From an archaeon (lineage in GTDB: Archaea; Undinarchaeota; Undinarchaeia; Undinarchaeales; JBDRKL01), in contig JBDRKL010000012.1 of assembly GCA_043814055.1 (NCBI GenBank), forward strand, positions 89,170 through 153,169: a stretch of 64,000 bases of DNA, in the 5' to 3' direction. Both the position numbers and the translations under genes were made by a program. Position 1 is the first letter of the stretch; every line of letters begins with the position of its first letter. The notes under the pieces were generated by a model that was given only the letters and a program-made list of their open reading frames with translations, was not told the origin of the DNA and searched no databases. This document shows positions 44,107 through 54,400 of this stretch, in pieces.

Positions 44107-45234
44107 ATGATAACCGAGGACGAATGCTTTGAAATTTGGGACAAGATACGATTAGACCATCGTGTTAGGGCGCACTCCAAGATTGTCAAACAGAACTCTG
44201 TAACTATTGCAAAAGAGCTGCAGAGAGCTGGGATAGAAGTGGATATTCCGCTAATAATCGCTGGCGCGCTGCTTCATGATATTGGCCGCTCTGAGTCTCA
44301 TAATGTTGAGCATGGGTACAAAGGAGGGAAAATTCTGCGCAATCTTGGAGTACCTGAGCCGATTTGCAAGATAGCCGAGAGGCACGTTGGGGCAGGGATA
44401 AGCGCTGACGAAGCGCCTGCCCTTGGTTTGCCCGGGGTTGATTTCATTCCAGAGACGCTTGAGGAGAAAATTGTGTGCTACGCAGACTCGCTCATAGACC
44501 ACGACCACATTGTTGATTACGAACTGAAGCTGAGCAGATGGATAACGGAGTTCGGCGAGATTTCCGGGATTGTGAACAGATTTATTTTGCTGAACCAGGA
44601 GCTTAGCAAGTATGCCACTTCCAGCGAGATGAAAGTGGAGGAGGAGTGGGCAAAGAAGAATGGAATGACCATGGCGGACATGATGGAGAACGCAGGGAGT
44701 TCGGTTGCGGAGACCCTTGTTGAGGGAATGGAGCTAAAGGGAAAAGAGGTAGTTGTGCTTTGCGGGCCAGGGAACAACGGAGGCGATGGCTTGGTTGCCG
44801 CGCGCTATTTGAACAAGTTTGCAAAAGTCAGGGTTTTCATGTTCGGGACTCCGAACAGCGAGGAAGCAGCGCATAATCTGGACTTGCTCAAGAAAGGGAA
44901 GGTTGAGATAAAAGAGGTTCACTATTCTGACGAACTTGGAGAAGTTCGAGGCGACATTGTTATTGATGCGCTCATCGGGACAGGGGTTAAGGGAGACATA
45001 AGAAGACCGGCTTCAATCGGCATAAAGAAAATAAATGAGATGAATGCGTATACTGTTTCAATTGACGTACCTTCGGGAGTGAATCCGGATACAGGGGCGG
45101 AGTCAAATCTTTTTGTTAAGCCGGATTTGGTTGTGTGTATTCATAGGTTCAAGAAAGGATTGGTTGGAAAGTACAAGCTTGGGAAGGTAGTTGTTGTTGA
45201 CATCGGGCTTCCTGAGAAACGGCAAGTATTTTAA
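44107..45234 (+). CDS. HD-domain phosphohydrolase fused to a YjeF-N (NAD(P)H-hydrate epimerase) domain
   Basis: N-terminal HD motif LLHDIGRSESH...H. C-terminal VVLCGPGNNGGDGLVAARYL is the YjeF_N signature. The ATG at 44107 was chosen because the listed 43948 start runs through the tRNA-derived repeats. Confidence 0.65.
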   Translation: MITEDECFEIWDKIRLDHRVRAHSKIVKQNSVTIAKELQRAGIEVDIPLIIAGALLHDIGRSESHNVEHGYKGGKILRNLGVPEPICKIAERHVGAGISADEAPALGLPGVDFIPETLEEKIVCYADSLIDHDHIVDYELKLSRWITEFGEISGIVNRFILLNQELSKYATSSEMKVEEEWAKKNGMTMADMMENAGSSVAETLVEGMELKGKEVVVLCGPGNNGGDGLVAARYLNKFAKVRVFMFGTPNSEEAAHNLDLLKKGKVEIKEVHYSDELGEVRGDIVIDALIGTGVKGDIRRPASIGIKKINEMNAYTVSIDVPSGVNPDTGAESNLFVKPDLVVCIHRFKKGLVGKYKLGKVVVVDIGLPEKRQVF

Positions 45235-45256
45235 TAATCACGTATAGTGAGAGCCT

Positions 45257-46423
45257 ATGATAGATGGAAAAAGAGTGGAAGAACTGCTGGCAAAAGCTGA
45301 AAACGGCGATCTAGACGCGATAAGAGAGATTGTTGTTAAACTCATTGAACCATCAGGCGCCAAAATAGATCTTCCAGACCTGAGGAAAATGGAAGCGTCG
45401 CTTGCTGGCTTAGATATTGGCACAACGATTGCGATAGTAAAAGCGATAAAAGAAGTTGTGGAATACCTGCACAGAGAGGGCTACATAGAAATTCCCTCCT
45501 TAGGGGATAAGAACGAAACAGGGAGCGAGATATACTACTATTACCTTGACAACGGAGTCAAGAACCACATCAAGAACTATTTGAGCGAACAGATAAGGGA
45601 AGCAGAGGTAGCAGAAGAAAACAGAGAAGCGGTTGCATACAAGTACGGGCTTGTTTTTGGGGAAGTGCAGAAAAGGGACATAAAGGTTGACGCTTTTTTC
45701 TCATTTGAGGATCTGAGGACTTCATCACTGGAACTCAAGGACGAGATTGAGGCGTGCATTGACGCACTGGTTGAGATAGATGCTGGCATAAAAAAGAAGT
45801 ATTCATACAGCAAGGTCAGCACTTTTATTGTAGCGCTTTCAAAACTCATTGAGAACCTAGGGGATGTTTCCGCTACGGATCTTCTGCTTGCTGTGAGGGG
45901 CAAGAAGATAGCCGCGCCAGGGTTTATGAAATGGCTGGACAGGGTTCCTAAGGAGAAGTCCAGGAAAGAGTCATTTGAAACACACATAAAAAGCCGGCTT
46001 CTAGGGATTTACGTAAGAAGTAGGCATATCCAGAAAAGAAACACTCCGCTCAGATGGCTTGATGGGTATTACTGCATGGAGAAACAGAGTGGGGAAAGCG
46101 GTGCCTATGTTACAAAACCGGAGAAGAAAATTTACATAGAAACCAATTACAAGGATTTTATTGAGCAGACTTTGAAGGGGCTGAGGAAGTATGCAAACAA
46201 GGGACCTCCAATCGCGCTCTGCTTTGCAGGGTATGAAAAAACAGAGAACGAAGAGGAACTGAAAAAGAGCATGAAAAGCCCGAAAATGGACGAGACCAGC
46301 AGCACCTGCCTCGCCTACATAGACAAAGAGCTTTACAGGATTCTTTGCAAAAAGGCCCCGAAGGAAAAAGTGGACAAGAAAAAAATAGGGGATACCTTTT
46401 GCTTTGAGACCCAGCAAATCTAA
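45257..46423 (+). CDS. Hypothetical protein (388 aa)
   Basis: No recognisable motif. Convergent with scpA, ending 4 nt into it. Confidence 0.4.
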   Translation: MIDGKRVEELLAKAENGDLDAIREIVVKLIEPSGAKIDLPDLRKMEASLAGLDIGTTIAIVKAIKEVVEYLHREGYIEIPSLGDKNETGSEIYYYYLDNGVKNHIKNYLSEQIREAEVAEENREAVAYKYGLVFGEVQKRDIKVDAFFSFEDLRTSSLELKDEIEACIDALVEIDAGIKKKYSYSKVSTFIVALSKLIENLGDVSATDLLLAVRGKKIAAPGFMKWLDRVPKEKSRKESFETHIKSRLLGIYVRSRHIQKRNTPLRWLDGYYCMEKQSGESGAYVTKPEKKIYIETNYKDFIEQTLKGLRKYANKGPPIALCFAGYEKTENEEELKKSMKSPKMDETSSTCLAYIDKELYRILCKKAPKEKVDKKKIGDTFCFETQQI

Positions 46424-47091
46424 GCCTTGTTTTTCACAATATAAAACTCGCCGAACAATTTCTCCTGCTCAAGAGTTATCTTGTGCTCGTTTGCCAGGTG
46501 CAGTATTGGCATAAAAACGTCAACTATCTCATCGCGAGTTCTGTTAGGTGTGAATTCAGAGAATGCAATTCGATTCGATGTGTTTTCAATTATTTTCTTA
46601 TGAAGATCCTCAATCTGCTGGCTTATGTCAAATTCAGGTAAGTCCAGCACGAACTTCTGCATCTTTATGCGCGGTGGCTTTGGCGCGAGACCCTTGCTGA
46701 GCGCGCCGAGCAAATCGGTTAAGGTTACTTTCCTGTGCGGCTTGCGGCGGAGGCGGATATCAAGCAAGGGCACTTCGCCCTGCTCTTCCTCTTCAACTTC
46801 GCTTGGGAACTCGCTGTCCCATTCTTCCATCAGGTTATCAAGTGCTTCCTCTTCCTCGCGGGGCATCAGCTGCTCGGACTGCATCCTGAGCAGAACTGAC
46901 GCGGCAAGTATGATTCGGGCTGGAATTCGCAAATCAAGCTGTTTCATCTTGCGGATGCGCTCTATATAGGTCTCAGTGAGCTTGACAATGTCTATATCCC
47001 AGGGGTCAAGGTCTTCAGATTTGACAATGTCTAGGAGAACGTATTCCCAGGCGCGTTCGGACTGGAGGATTTGCTCTATGTTAAGTTCCAT
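46420..47091 (-). CDS. scpA: Segregation and condensation protein A (kleisin)
   Basis: N-terminal DLDPWDIDIVKLTETYIE and a C-terminal winged-helix region, downstream of smc. Confidence 0.8.
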   Translation of the reverse strand: MELNIEQILQSERAWEYVLLDIVKSEDLDPWDIDIVKLTETYIERIRKMKQLDLRIPARIILAASVLLRMQSEQLMPREEEEALDNLMEEWDSEFPSEVEEEEQGEVPLLDIRLRRKPHRKVTLTDLLGALSKGLAPKPPRIKMQKFVLDLPEFDISQQIEDLHKKIIENTSNRIAFSEFTPNRTRDEIVDVFMPILHLANEHKITLEQEKLFGEFYIVKNKA

Positions 47092-47146
47092 TCAGACTCC
47101 CCTCTTTGTGACTGAATGTCACGAAAAGCTTCGCTTTTCTGTTCCA

Positions 47147-49696
47147 TTATTCATCCCTCGCGATTTCTTCCATCTTCGGGTTGAACTCGGCTTTGGTTCC
47201 CTTTGGCTGCTCGGTGTACTTTTTAGCAGTTTCTGCGTCTCCAAGCTCTATGCCAACTATTCGCGAGGTGCCTTCTGCGGTCATTGAGACCCCATAGAGC
47301 CGCTCTGCTTTCTTGATAACCGAGTTGTTGTGGCTTATCACGAGTATCTGCGCGTTGCCGAGCACTTCAGTGAGCATGTTGACAAATCGCATTGAATTCG
47401 CTTGGTCCAGCGCGGCGTCAACCTCGTCAAGAACATAGAACGGGGCAGGCTTGTATTTCTGGAGCGCGAAGAGGAATGCGAGAGCTGTTATGACTTTTTC
47501 TCCGCCGGACATTGAATCTATGCTGAGGAGTTTCTTCCCTGCGGGTTTTGCCTCCACGATTATTCCGCCCGCGAGCGGGTCCTCCTGATCCTCAAGAAGA
47601 AGTTTTGCCTCTCCATTCGGCGAGAGGTGCGGGAATATTGCTGAGAATTCCGTTGAGACCTTGGTGTAAACTTCCATGAACACATATTTTTTCTTGCCTT
47701 CAATTTCTGCTATGAATTCCAGAACTGACCTTCGTTCATCCTGAAGTTTTGTGAAGCGAATGTTGAAGCTCTCATATTCGCCTTTTGCCTCGGCGAACAT
47801 TTCTATTGCCTTCATGTTGACCGGTTCAAGCGCAGTGATTTCTTTTGATATTTCGCTTAGGCGCTTTTCCATTACCCTCAGGTCGCCTTCCTTGAACTCG
47901 CCAGTCTCAAAGCGCTTCATGCTGTTTTTCGCATCAGATAACTGGGCGTCTATGCGTGCTTTTTCAACGCGGAGGTCGCCAATGATTTGCTGGAGCAATT
48001 CTCGCTCGGATGCAAGCTCCCCTCGCTTGAGTTTCATCCGGTCAAGCTCTGCTTGTAAATCTGTGCGCTTTTTCTGAAGGTTGTTAAAGTCAGCGCCGAT
48101 TTCCTCTGCCTTTTGCTCTGTCTTCTCAAGTTGCTCCCGCCAGGAATCCAGTTCAAGTTTTGTTTCCTCAATTTCATCAAGGAGCTTGTCACGGCCTTTT
48201 GCAAGCTCGTCAACCCCTGAGCTTTCGTTGCTGTCCTTCTTGTAAGACCCCCCAGTGACCGCGCCACTCTTCTCGGCTATGTCCCCGTCAAGAGAAACCA
48301 TTCGGAACCTGCCGATGAGGGATTTCACATCGCGAAGCTTGTCAACGATATAGGTGTTTCCGAGTATGTAGGAGAAGATGTTCTTGTACTTGAAGTCAAA
48401 CTCAACCAGATTTACTGCAAGGCCGACCACGCCGCGGGTTTTCATGTCCTTTATTTCAGGGCCGCGGATTTTGTTGAGCGGCAGGAAAGTTGCCCTGCCG
48501 AGCCTGTTCTTCTTTAGGAAATCCACGCACTTGAGCGCAACTTCCTCGTTGTCAACCACTATGAAGTTAACGCGGTTGCCCATTGCGGACTTTATGGCGC
48601 GCTCGTACTTTGGCTCAACCCTGAGAAGTTCTCCGACCGTGCCGTGGATTCCCTGAACTTCTTCCTTGAGCGAAATCACGCGGTCTCCGGCCTTGTCGGT
48701 TGAAAGGGACTGCATCTTCGTGACCAGTGTGTCAAGGCGGCTTATCTCGGACTGCTTTGATTCTATCTTGCTTTCGCCGATTGAAATCTGGCTGTGCAGG
48801 CGTGCAACTTCGAATTTCACACCAAGCTGCTCCTCGCCGCCCTCCTTGATTATTTTCGTGTCAAGGTTCTTGAGCTCGTTGTCGTTCTTTGAAAGAGTTG
48901 TGTCTATCACCTCAAGTTCCTTTTTTGTAGCGGAGAATTTTGAATTCTCGGCTGTTAGTTTTTCATTTGTTTTTGAGCTCTCTGCTTCTATTTTCTTGAG
49001 CTTTGTGAACGCGAGGCTTGCCTCAAGCTCTGTTGCTTCCTTCTTGAGCGAGTTGTAGCGCTCGGCATCATTCTTTTCTTTTTCAAGGTCTTCCAGGTGC
49101 TTCTTGCGCTCGGACATCACGATTACGAGCTCCTTTATCCTGGACTCAACCTCGTCAAGGTCTTTCTTTGCCTTGTCGCGCTTCTCGTCATACTCAGAGA
49201 TGCCGCATATTTCGTCAAGGATTTGCCGGCGCTGGAGTGGGGACATTTCTATGAAGTTCGTGATGTCACCCTGCAGTACTATGTTGTGGCCCTGTGGGTT
49301 GAATAATGCGGTTGAAAGAATGTCAGTAACTTGCGTGCGGGTTGTCTTGTTGCCGTTTATCTTGAATGCCATTGTGCCCTTGCGCGTGAGCCGGCGGGAG
49401 ATTTTCACGGTTTCCTCGTCAAATGGAAGCTTCTTTTCCTTGTTGTCAAGGATGAGGGAAACTTCCATAAAATTTGCAGGCGCCTTGTTCTTGCCGCCGT
49501 TATAAATTAGGTGGGTCAGGCGCTCAGCGCGCATTGAGCTCGCAGAGCTCAAGCCAAGGACAAAGCAGATGGCGTCGCAGATATTTGACTTGCCGGAGCC
49601 GTTTGGGCCGACCACCGCGGTGAAACCGCTAGAGAGTGGAATAGAGATGTGCCTGTCAAATGACTTGAATCCCTGAAGCTCCAGTTCCTTAATCAT
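47147..49696 (-). CDS. smc: SMC chromosome segregation ATPase (compact, ~849 aa)
   Basis: Walker A GPNGSGKSN, hinge domain, signature LSGGEK, Walker B LDEVDAALD, H-loop. I chose the start MIKELELQGFKSF (internal ATG at 49696). The coiled-coil arms are shorter than in typical SMC. Confidence 0.85.
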   Translation of the reverse strand: MIKELELQGFKSFDRHISIPLSSGFTAVVGPNGSGKSNICDAICFVLGLSSASSMRAERLTHLIYNGGKNKAPANFMEVSLILDNKEKKLPFDEETVKISRRLTRKGTMAFKINGNKTTRTQVTDILSTALFNPQGHNIVLQGDITNFIEMSPLQRRQILDEICGISEYDEKRDKAKKDLDEVESRIKELVIVMSERKKHLEDLEKEKNDAERYNSLKKEATELEASLAFTKLKKIEAESSKTNEKLTAENSKFSATKKELEVIDTTLSKNDNELKNLDTKIIKEGGEEQLGVKFEVARLHSQISIGESKIESKQSEISRLDTLVTKMQSLSTDKAGDRVISLKEEVQGIHGTVGELLRVEPKYERAIKSAMGNRVNFIVVDNEEVALKCVDFLKKNRLGRATFLPLNKIRGPEIKDMKTRGVVGLAVNLVEFDFKYKNIFSYILGNTYIVDKLRDVKSLIGRFRMVSLDGDIAEKSGAVTGGSYKKDSNESSGVDELAKGRDKLLDEIEETKLELDSWREQLEKTEQKAEEIGADFNNLQKKRTDLQAELDRMKLKRGELASERELLQQIIGDLRVEKARIDAQLSDAKNSMKRFETGEFKEGDLRVMEKRLSEISKEITALEPVNMKAIEMFAEAKGEYESFNIRFTKLQDERRSVLEFIAEIEGKKKYVFMEVYTKVSTEFSAIFPHLSPNGEAKLLLEDQEDPLAGGIIVEAKPAGKKLLSIDSMSGGEKVITALAFLFALQKYKPAPFYVLDEVDAALDQANSMRFVNMLTEVLGNAQILVISHNNSVIKKAERLYGVSMTAEGTSRIVGIELGDAETAKKYTEQPKGTKAEFNPKMEEIARDE

Positions 49697-49816
49697 AGGT
49701 TCTGTATAAATCGCTGCACGTATTAAATGTTTTGGAAAAGAGGAAGGAGGAAACACTTAAATATGCGTTTTAATTAGGGGATATCTCAGAAGCCTGCTTG
49801 GGCTAGGGAGGTTGGC

Positions 49817-50824
49817 ATGAAACATTGGATGTTGCGCAAAGACGCTGTCTTTGCCTGGGCTCTCGTCTTGGTAGTTGTGGTCAGCGGATGCACAGGCAAC
49901 GGGGGTGAAAAGGACATAGCCACCATAACTCTTTACGGTTTCAGTGTTTTGGAGGAGGTTCACGCACAGAGAATAATACCAGGGTTTCAGGCCTACTGGA
50001 AGGAAAAGACTGGGCAGGACGTGAATTTTGAAACTTCTTTTGCAGGCTCAGGAACTATCACTAACCAGATTATAGCCGGAACCCCGGCAGAGGTTGCATA
50101 CCTGTCGCATGAGCTTGACGCAATCAGGCTCAGGGAAGCAGGGCGAGTTTCAACCGATTGGACGGGCTTCCAGCACGATGGTATAGTTTCCCAGACACCT
50201 TTTATCATAGTTGTTCGCAAGGGGAATCCAAAGGGGATACAGGACTGGGCAGACCTGACTAATGAGGGCGTTGGAGTGATACACGCAGACCCTTCAACCT
50301 CGGGCGGCGCAATGTGGAGCATATACGGAATGTATGGCTCAGTGCTGAAGACCGGCGGCAGCAGTGAGGAAGCGGCAGAGCTCCTCAGGGGCGTGGACAA
50401 GAACGTGGTGAGCATGCCATCCTCTGCAAGGAAGGCAATGACAACTTTTGAGGCCGGCATTGGCGACGCGCTGATAACATATGAGGAGGAAGCCCTGCTC
50501 GCGATTAGGGACGGCAACGAGTATGAGATAGTTGCGCCGAAGAGCACGATAATATCCGAGAACCCTGTTGTGATTGTTGACGCAAACGTTGCGGAAGGCG
50601 AGAGAGAGCTTGTGCTGGGTTTCATAGATTACCTGTGGTCAGAGGACGCGCAGGCGGCGCTGGGCGATTATGGCTTTGTATCGCACTATGACAGCATAAA
50701 TGCAAAGCACCCAGAGCTTGTCACAATAGAGGAACCCTTTAAGATAGATTACCTTGGCGGCTGGGAGAAGGCAAAAGCAGACCTAATAGACGGGGTGTGG
50801 AGCGGAATACAGCAGGAAGAATAA
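49817..50824 (+). CDS. Sulfate/thiosulfate ABC transporter substrate-binding protein
   Basis: Signal/lipobox VVSGCTG. Blocks VVRKGNPKGIQDWADL and GIGDALITYEEEALLA closely parallel E. coli Sbp/CysP. Confidence 0.75.
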   Translation: MKHWMLRKDAVFAWALVLVVVVSGCTGNGGEKDIATITLYGFSVLEEVHAQRIIPGFQAYWKEKTGQDVNFETSFAGSGTITNQIIAGTPAEVAYLSHELDAIRLREAGRVSTDWTGFQHDGIVSQTPFIIVVRKGNPKGIQDWADLTNEGVGVIHADPSTSGGAMWSIYGMYGSVLKTGGSSEEAAELLRGVDKNVVSMPSSARKAMTTFEAGIGDALITYEEEALLAIRDGNEYEIVAPKSTIISENPVVIVDANVAEGERELVLGFIDYLWSEDAQAALGDYGFVSHYDSINAKHPELVTIEEPFKIDYLGGWEKAKADLIDGVWSGIQQEE

Positions 50825-50876
50825 GTGCAAGGAAACCCTTAAATAGGAAATCCCCGATAGTGGAAAGGACATTATA

Positions 50877-51713
50877 ATGACCAGATTTAACAAGGAGGCT
50901 CTGGAGCGCGCCAACGTCAACTCCGCGACAAAATACGCATTGATTGGCCTTGTGATTGGTTTTTTCTTAATCTTGGTTTTGTTCCCAATCGGCTCAATGT
51001 TCCTCTACTCCGCAGGCGGCGGGTTCGGGGCGTTTATTGAGAACATAACCTCGCCAGCCGCACTGTTCTCGCTGAAGTTCAGCATAATACTGGCACTTAC
51101 CACGACTGTGTGCAACGTGGCTATAGGAACTCTGGTCGCGTTCGTTCTTGTCAGGTACACCTTCTTTGGCAAGAACGTGCTGAACGCTCTGGTTGACCTG
51201 CCCATAGCGATACCGACCGCAGTCACTGGGTTCACGCTGCTGCTGCTCTACGGACCCATGGGGATGGCAGGGGGCTTCCTGGCGCGGCACGGCATAAACA
51301 TCATGTTCGCATTCCCTGGCATATTGCTTGCCCACATTTTCATCACATTCCCCTTTGTGGTCCGGGCTGTCGGCGCAGTGCTTGAGGGTGTTGAGGCGAG
51401 CTATGAAGAGGCGGCGAAGACTCTTGGGGCGTCCGGGCTTCAGGTGTTCAGGTACGTCACTCTCCCCTCAATAATGCCTGGCCTGGTGTCAGGGTCAATC
51501 CTCTCGTTCGCGCGGTCGCTTGGCGAGTTCGGCGCAACCATAATGGTATCTGGAAATCTGGCCATGAACACGCAGACTGCGCCGCTTTACATATTCTCAA
51601 GGTTCAATAGTGGCGACCTGGAAGGAGCGAGCGCGGTCGCGATGATACTCGCGATTGTCTCGTTCGCAATGCTCTACATCCTAAAAACGCTTACGGAGGG
51701 TGGTGAGAAATGA
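50877..51713 (+). CDS. Sulfate ABC transporter permease (CysT/CysW family)
   Basis: Six TM helices and the EAA-like loop EEAAKTLGASGLQVFRYVTLP. Confidence 0.75.
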   Translation: MTRFNKEALERANVNSATKYALIGLVIGFFLILVLFPIGSMFLYSAGGGFGAFIENITSPAALFSLKFSIILALTTTVCNVAIGTLVAFVLVRYTFFGKNVLNALVDLPIAIPTAVTGFTLLLLYGPMGMAGGFLARHGINIMFAFPGILLAHIFITFPFVVRAVGAVLEGVEASYEEAAKTLGASGLQVFRYVTLPSIMPGLVSGSILSFARSLGEFGATIMVSGNLAMNTQTAPLYIFSRFNSGDLEGASAVAMILAIVSFAMLYILKTLTEGGEK

Positions 51714-51783
51714 GACGCGAAGTTTTGAATTTTGACCAGTTTCGCGTTAATTTCAAAGCTGGTGAAGGAGGTGAGACTTTGAA

Positions 51784-52917
51784 ATGAGCAAGAGAGGAGG
51801 CAGGGGCAGGGCAGCGGTGACCATCAAGGGACTCACGAAAAAGTACGGCGAGAACGTGGTTGTTGACAATGCCAGTTTCTCAGTGAGGAAAGGCGAATTT
51901 TTAGTCATACTGGGACCGAGCGGCTGCGGCAAGACCACGCTATTGAGGATTATGGGCGGACTTACCAGGCAGACTTCTGGCGACGTCTTCTTTGGAAAGA
52001 ATCTCGTGAACAACCTGCCGCCGCAGAAGCGGGATATTGGATTTTTGTTCCAGCAGTACACGCTGTTCAAGTACATGACAATAGAGGAGAACGTGGAGTT
52101 CGGACTGAAGATAAAAAAAGTGGACAAGAAAGTGAGAGAGAAGCGCGCCAGGGAGCTGATTGACCTTGTCGGACTTTCCGAGCACTCAGAAAAGCTGCCG
52201 AGCCAGCTTTCAGGCGGGCAGCAGCAAAGGGTTGCGCTCGCAAGGGCGCTTGCAAGGAAGCCGAACCTGCTCCTGCTTGACGAGCCATTCGGCGCTCTTG
52301 ACGCAAAGATACGGCAGAAAATGCGCGGGGATATCAAGCAGATTCAGAAAGAATTGGGAATTACAACAATACTGGTGACGCACGACCAGGAGGAGGCATT
52401 TGAGCTCGGAGACAGGATTGTTGTTATGAACCGGGGGAAGATAGAGCACATCGGAACTCCGCAGGAACTTTACGACCACCCGAAGACTTCATTCGTTGCG
52501 CGATTTATTGGAATGGTTAATATTTTGGATGGGAAAATTGAGAAGAATCATGTTAAAATTGGGTACTTTGACCTGGATTTGAACGGGAACAAGGGGTTCA
52601 AGGAGGGAGACATTGTTAAGGTCCTGATACGGCCAGAGGAGATTGAAGTTGAGAAGGCGCTGGTTGACATGAAGAAGACTGAGGAGCTTACAACAGGGAA
52701 GATAATGAGCATGACTTTTCTAGGGCCGCTTGTAAGAATGAGGTTGAGCTTAGGTCGCGGAGTTTCTGTTAATGCAGTGAAGCCGAAGACAGAAGTGGCG
52801 GAGAAAGAGTTTAAGGAAGGAGATGCTGTTTTTGTGAACATACCGAGTTACAAGATATTCCCAGAAGAGGCAGAAGTTCTGATAAGTTCGCCTGTATCAA
52901 AGATATTGACAGTATAG
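51784..52917 (+). CDS. Sulfate/molybdate-type ABC transporter ATP-binding protein with C-terminal TOBE domain
   Basis: Walker A GPSGCGKTT, signature LSGGQQQRVALARAL, Walker B LLLDEPFGALD. Confidence 0.8.
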   Translation: MSKRGGRGRAAVTIKGLTKKYGENVVVDNASFSVRKGEFLVILGPSGCGKTTLLRIMGGLTRQTSGDVFFGKNLVNNLPPQKRDIGFLFQQYTLFKYMTIEENVEFGLKIKKVDKKVREKRARELIDLVGLSEHSEKLPSQLSGGQQQRVALARALARKPNLLLLDEPFGALDAKIRQKMRGDIKQIQKELGITTILVTHDQEEAFELGDRIVVMNRGKIEHIGTPQELYDHPKTSFVARFIGMVNILDGKIEKNHVKIGYFDLDLNGNKGFKEGDIVKVLIRPEEIEVEKALVDMKKTEELTTGKIMSMTFLGPLVRMRLSLGRGVSVNAVKPKTEVAEKEFKEGDAVFVNIPSYKIFPEEAEVLISSPVSKILTV

Positions 52918-52918
52918 G

Positions 52919-54103
52919 TTAAACTGCTGTCAAAAGTTTTGGAACGTGCTTTAGTAGGCTTGGACGCTTTCCGAAGATTTTTGCCAAAAGCGTAAACTGG
53001 CTGGCTCGCGTTATGTCAAGTATTTGGTCCCCGGATAAATGTTCTGCCAAGTAGTCCAAGTCTTTGTCTGAAAGTTTTTCTATTACGCTTTTCATGATTG
53101 CAACGCGTTTGAGTCGTTTTCCTTCAATTGCAAACCATTCCTCATCATACTGCTTTAGCGTATTTCGTGTGTAATCATTTGCATCAATCGCACGCTTTAT
53201 TGTTTTTGACGCGATTTCTCCTGCCCTCATTGACTCAGGTATGCCACCACCGTGTACTGCATTGACCTGGTGAGCAGCGTCACCAACTAGAACCAGACCA
53301 TCTGTTGAAAGCTGATCCACTGGCCCGCCTACCGGGATGTTGCCGGTGTTTATCTCCAGAATTGACCCTTTTTTCAGATTGTCTTTGCTTTGGATGAATT
53401 TTTTCAAGTAGTAAAGTGCAGATCCATTGGTACCCCGCGTTCCAATTCCAACATTTGCCACGTGCTTTCCTTTTGGAAATATCCAAATGTAGCCACCTGG
53501 TGCTATTTCATTGCCCATGTATACTTCAAGCTGGTCTTCGCTAATAGGGTCTATGTTGCACATTTCAAATTGGGCGCCAGAACAGGTGTCTTGTAAAAGG
53601 TGTTTTGTGTTTAATCCAGCCCAACGACCAACAAGAGATTCAACACCATCAGCTGCGACCACGACTTTTGCTTTTACATCCCATACTCCATCGTAGCCAC
53701 TCAGTTTTACCCCAGTGACCTGATTGCCATTTTTAATAAGACCAGTTGCCCGCACCCCTGCTTGTACCTTTGCTCCATTCTCGGCAGCCAACTCAGCGAG
53801 ACGCTTGTCAAAAATTTTCCGCTCAATGACATAGCCACCATAGGGCTTGTACTCTATGTCAACACGCTTTAGTGAGGGGGAGAACATTATAGCGCCCATT
53901 ATTTTCTGGCGCGCCCACTCTGGTTCAGGCTTCAGGCCGACACGCTTCATTCCGCCGACTGTCAGGCCTTCTCCACATCTTTTTGGAGCTCCAATTTCTT
54001 TTCGCTTTTCTACAAGAAGGGTATCCAGCCCTGCTGCGGCACAATATTTTGCAGTTGAACTCCCCCCAGGACCAGCTCCAACAACAACTACGTCGTATTC
54101 CAT
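52919..54103 (-). CDS. Geranylgeranyl reductase family flavoprotein (digeranylgeranylglycerophospholipid reductase-like)
   Basis: FAD-binding VVVVGAGPGGSSTA and the RCGEG motif typical of GGR. Confidence 0.8.
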   Translation of the reverse strand: MEYDVVVVGAGPGGSSTAKYCAAAGLDTLLVEKRKEIGAPKRCGEGLTVGGMKRVGLKPEPEWARQKIMGAIMFSPSLKRVDIEYKPYGGYVIERKIFDKRLAELAAENGAKVQAGVRATGLIKNGNQVTGVKLSGYDGVWDVKAKVVVAADGVESLVGRWAGLNTKHLLQDTCSGAQFEMCNIDPISEDQLEVYMGNEIAPGGYIWIFPKGKHVANVGIGTRGTNGSALYYLKKFIQSKDNLKKGSILEINTGNIPVGGPVDQLSTDGLVLVGDAAHQVNAVHGGGIPESMRAGEIASKTIKRAIDANDYTRNTLKQYDEEWFAIEGKRLKRVAIMKSVIEKLSDKDLDYLAEHLSGDQILDITRASQFTLLAKIFGKRPSLLKHVPKLLTAV

Positions 54104-54281
54104 TATTTCTCACCTATGGATAGTGCAGTCATTGGACAAAACTTTACGCATATTCCGCACTCATTGCATTTCGTTTCATCTATGACTAAGCCTGAGCCAA
54201 CATAGTTCAAAGCCTGTTGTGGGCATAGTCCAACGCATCCAGCGCACGAAGCGCACTTGTCCTTGTTAAGTTTTACTGCCA
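54104..54281 (-). CDS. 2x[4Fe-4S] ferredoxin (59 aa), missing from the ORF track
   Basis: Reverse-strand translation MAVKLNKDKCASCAGCVGLCPQQALNYVGSGLVIDETKCNECGICVKFCPMTALSIGEK carries two CxxCxxCxxxCP motifs. Its stop overlaps the GGR start (TAATG). Confidence 0.75.
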
Positions 54282-54314
54282 TTTCAAAGTTTCTCCAATT
54301 TCAACAGATTTGAA

Positions 54315-54400
54315 ACTTCGGACGCGCAGCGCAAATTCGCAACAGCGAATTGCGCAACCCGCTTTGCGGGTTGCGTCCGAAGCACGCACACCTTGTGTGC
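54315..54400. ncRNA. Structured element between aspS and the ferredoxin gene, possibly a three-way-junction RNA, terminator or attenuator
   Basis: A 10-bp outer stem CTTCGGACGC (54315-24)/GCGTCCGAAG (54372-81) encloses the hairpins GCGCAAATTCGC..GCGAATTGCGC and AACCCGC-TTT-GCGGGTT. A second hairpin CGCACAC-CTT-GTGTGCG lies at 54383-54400. Confidence 0.4.
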
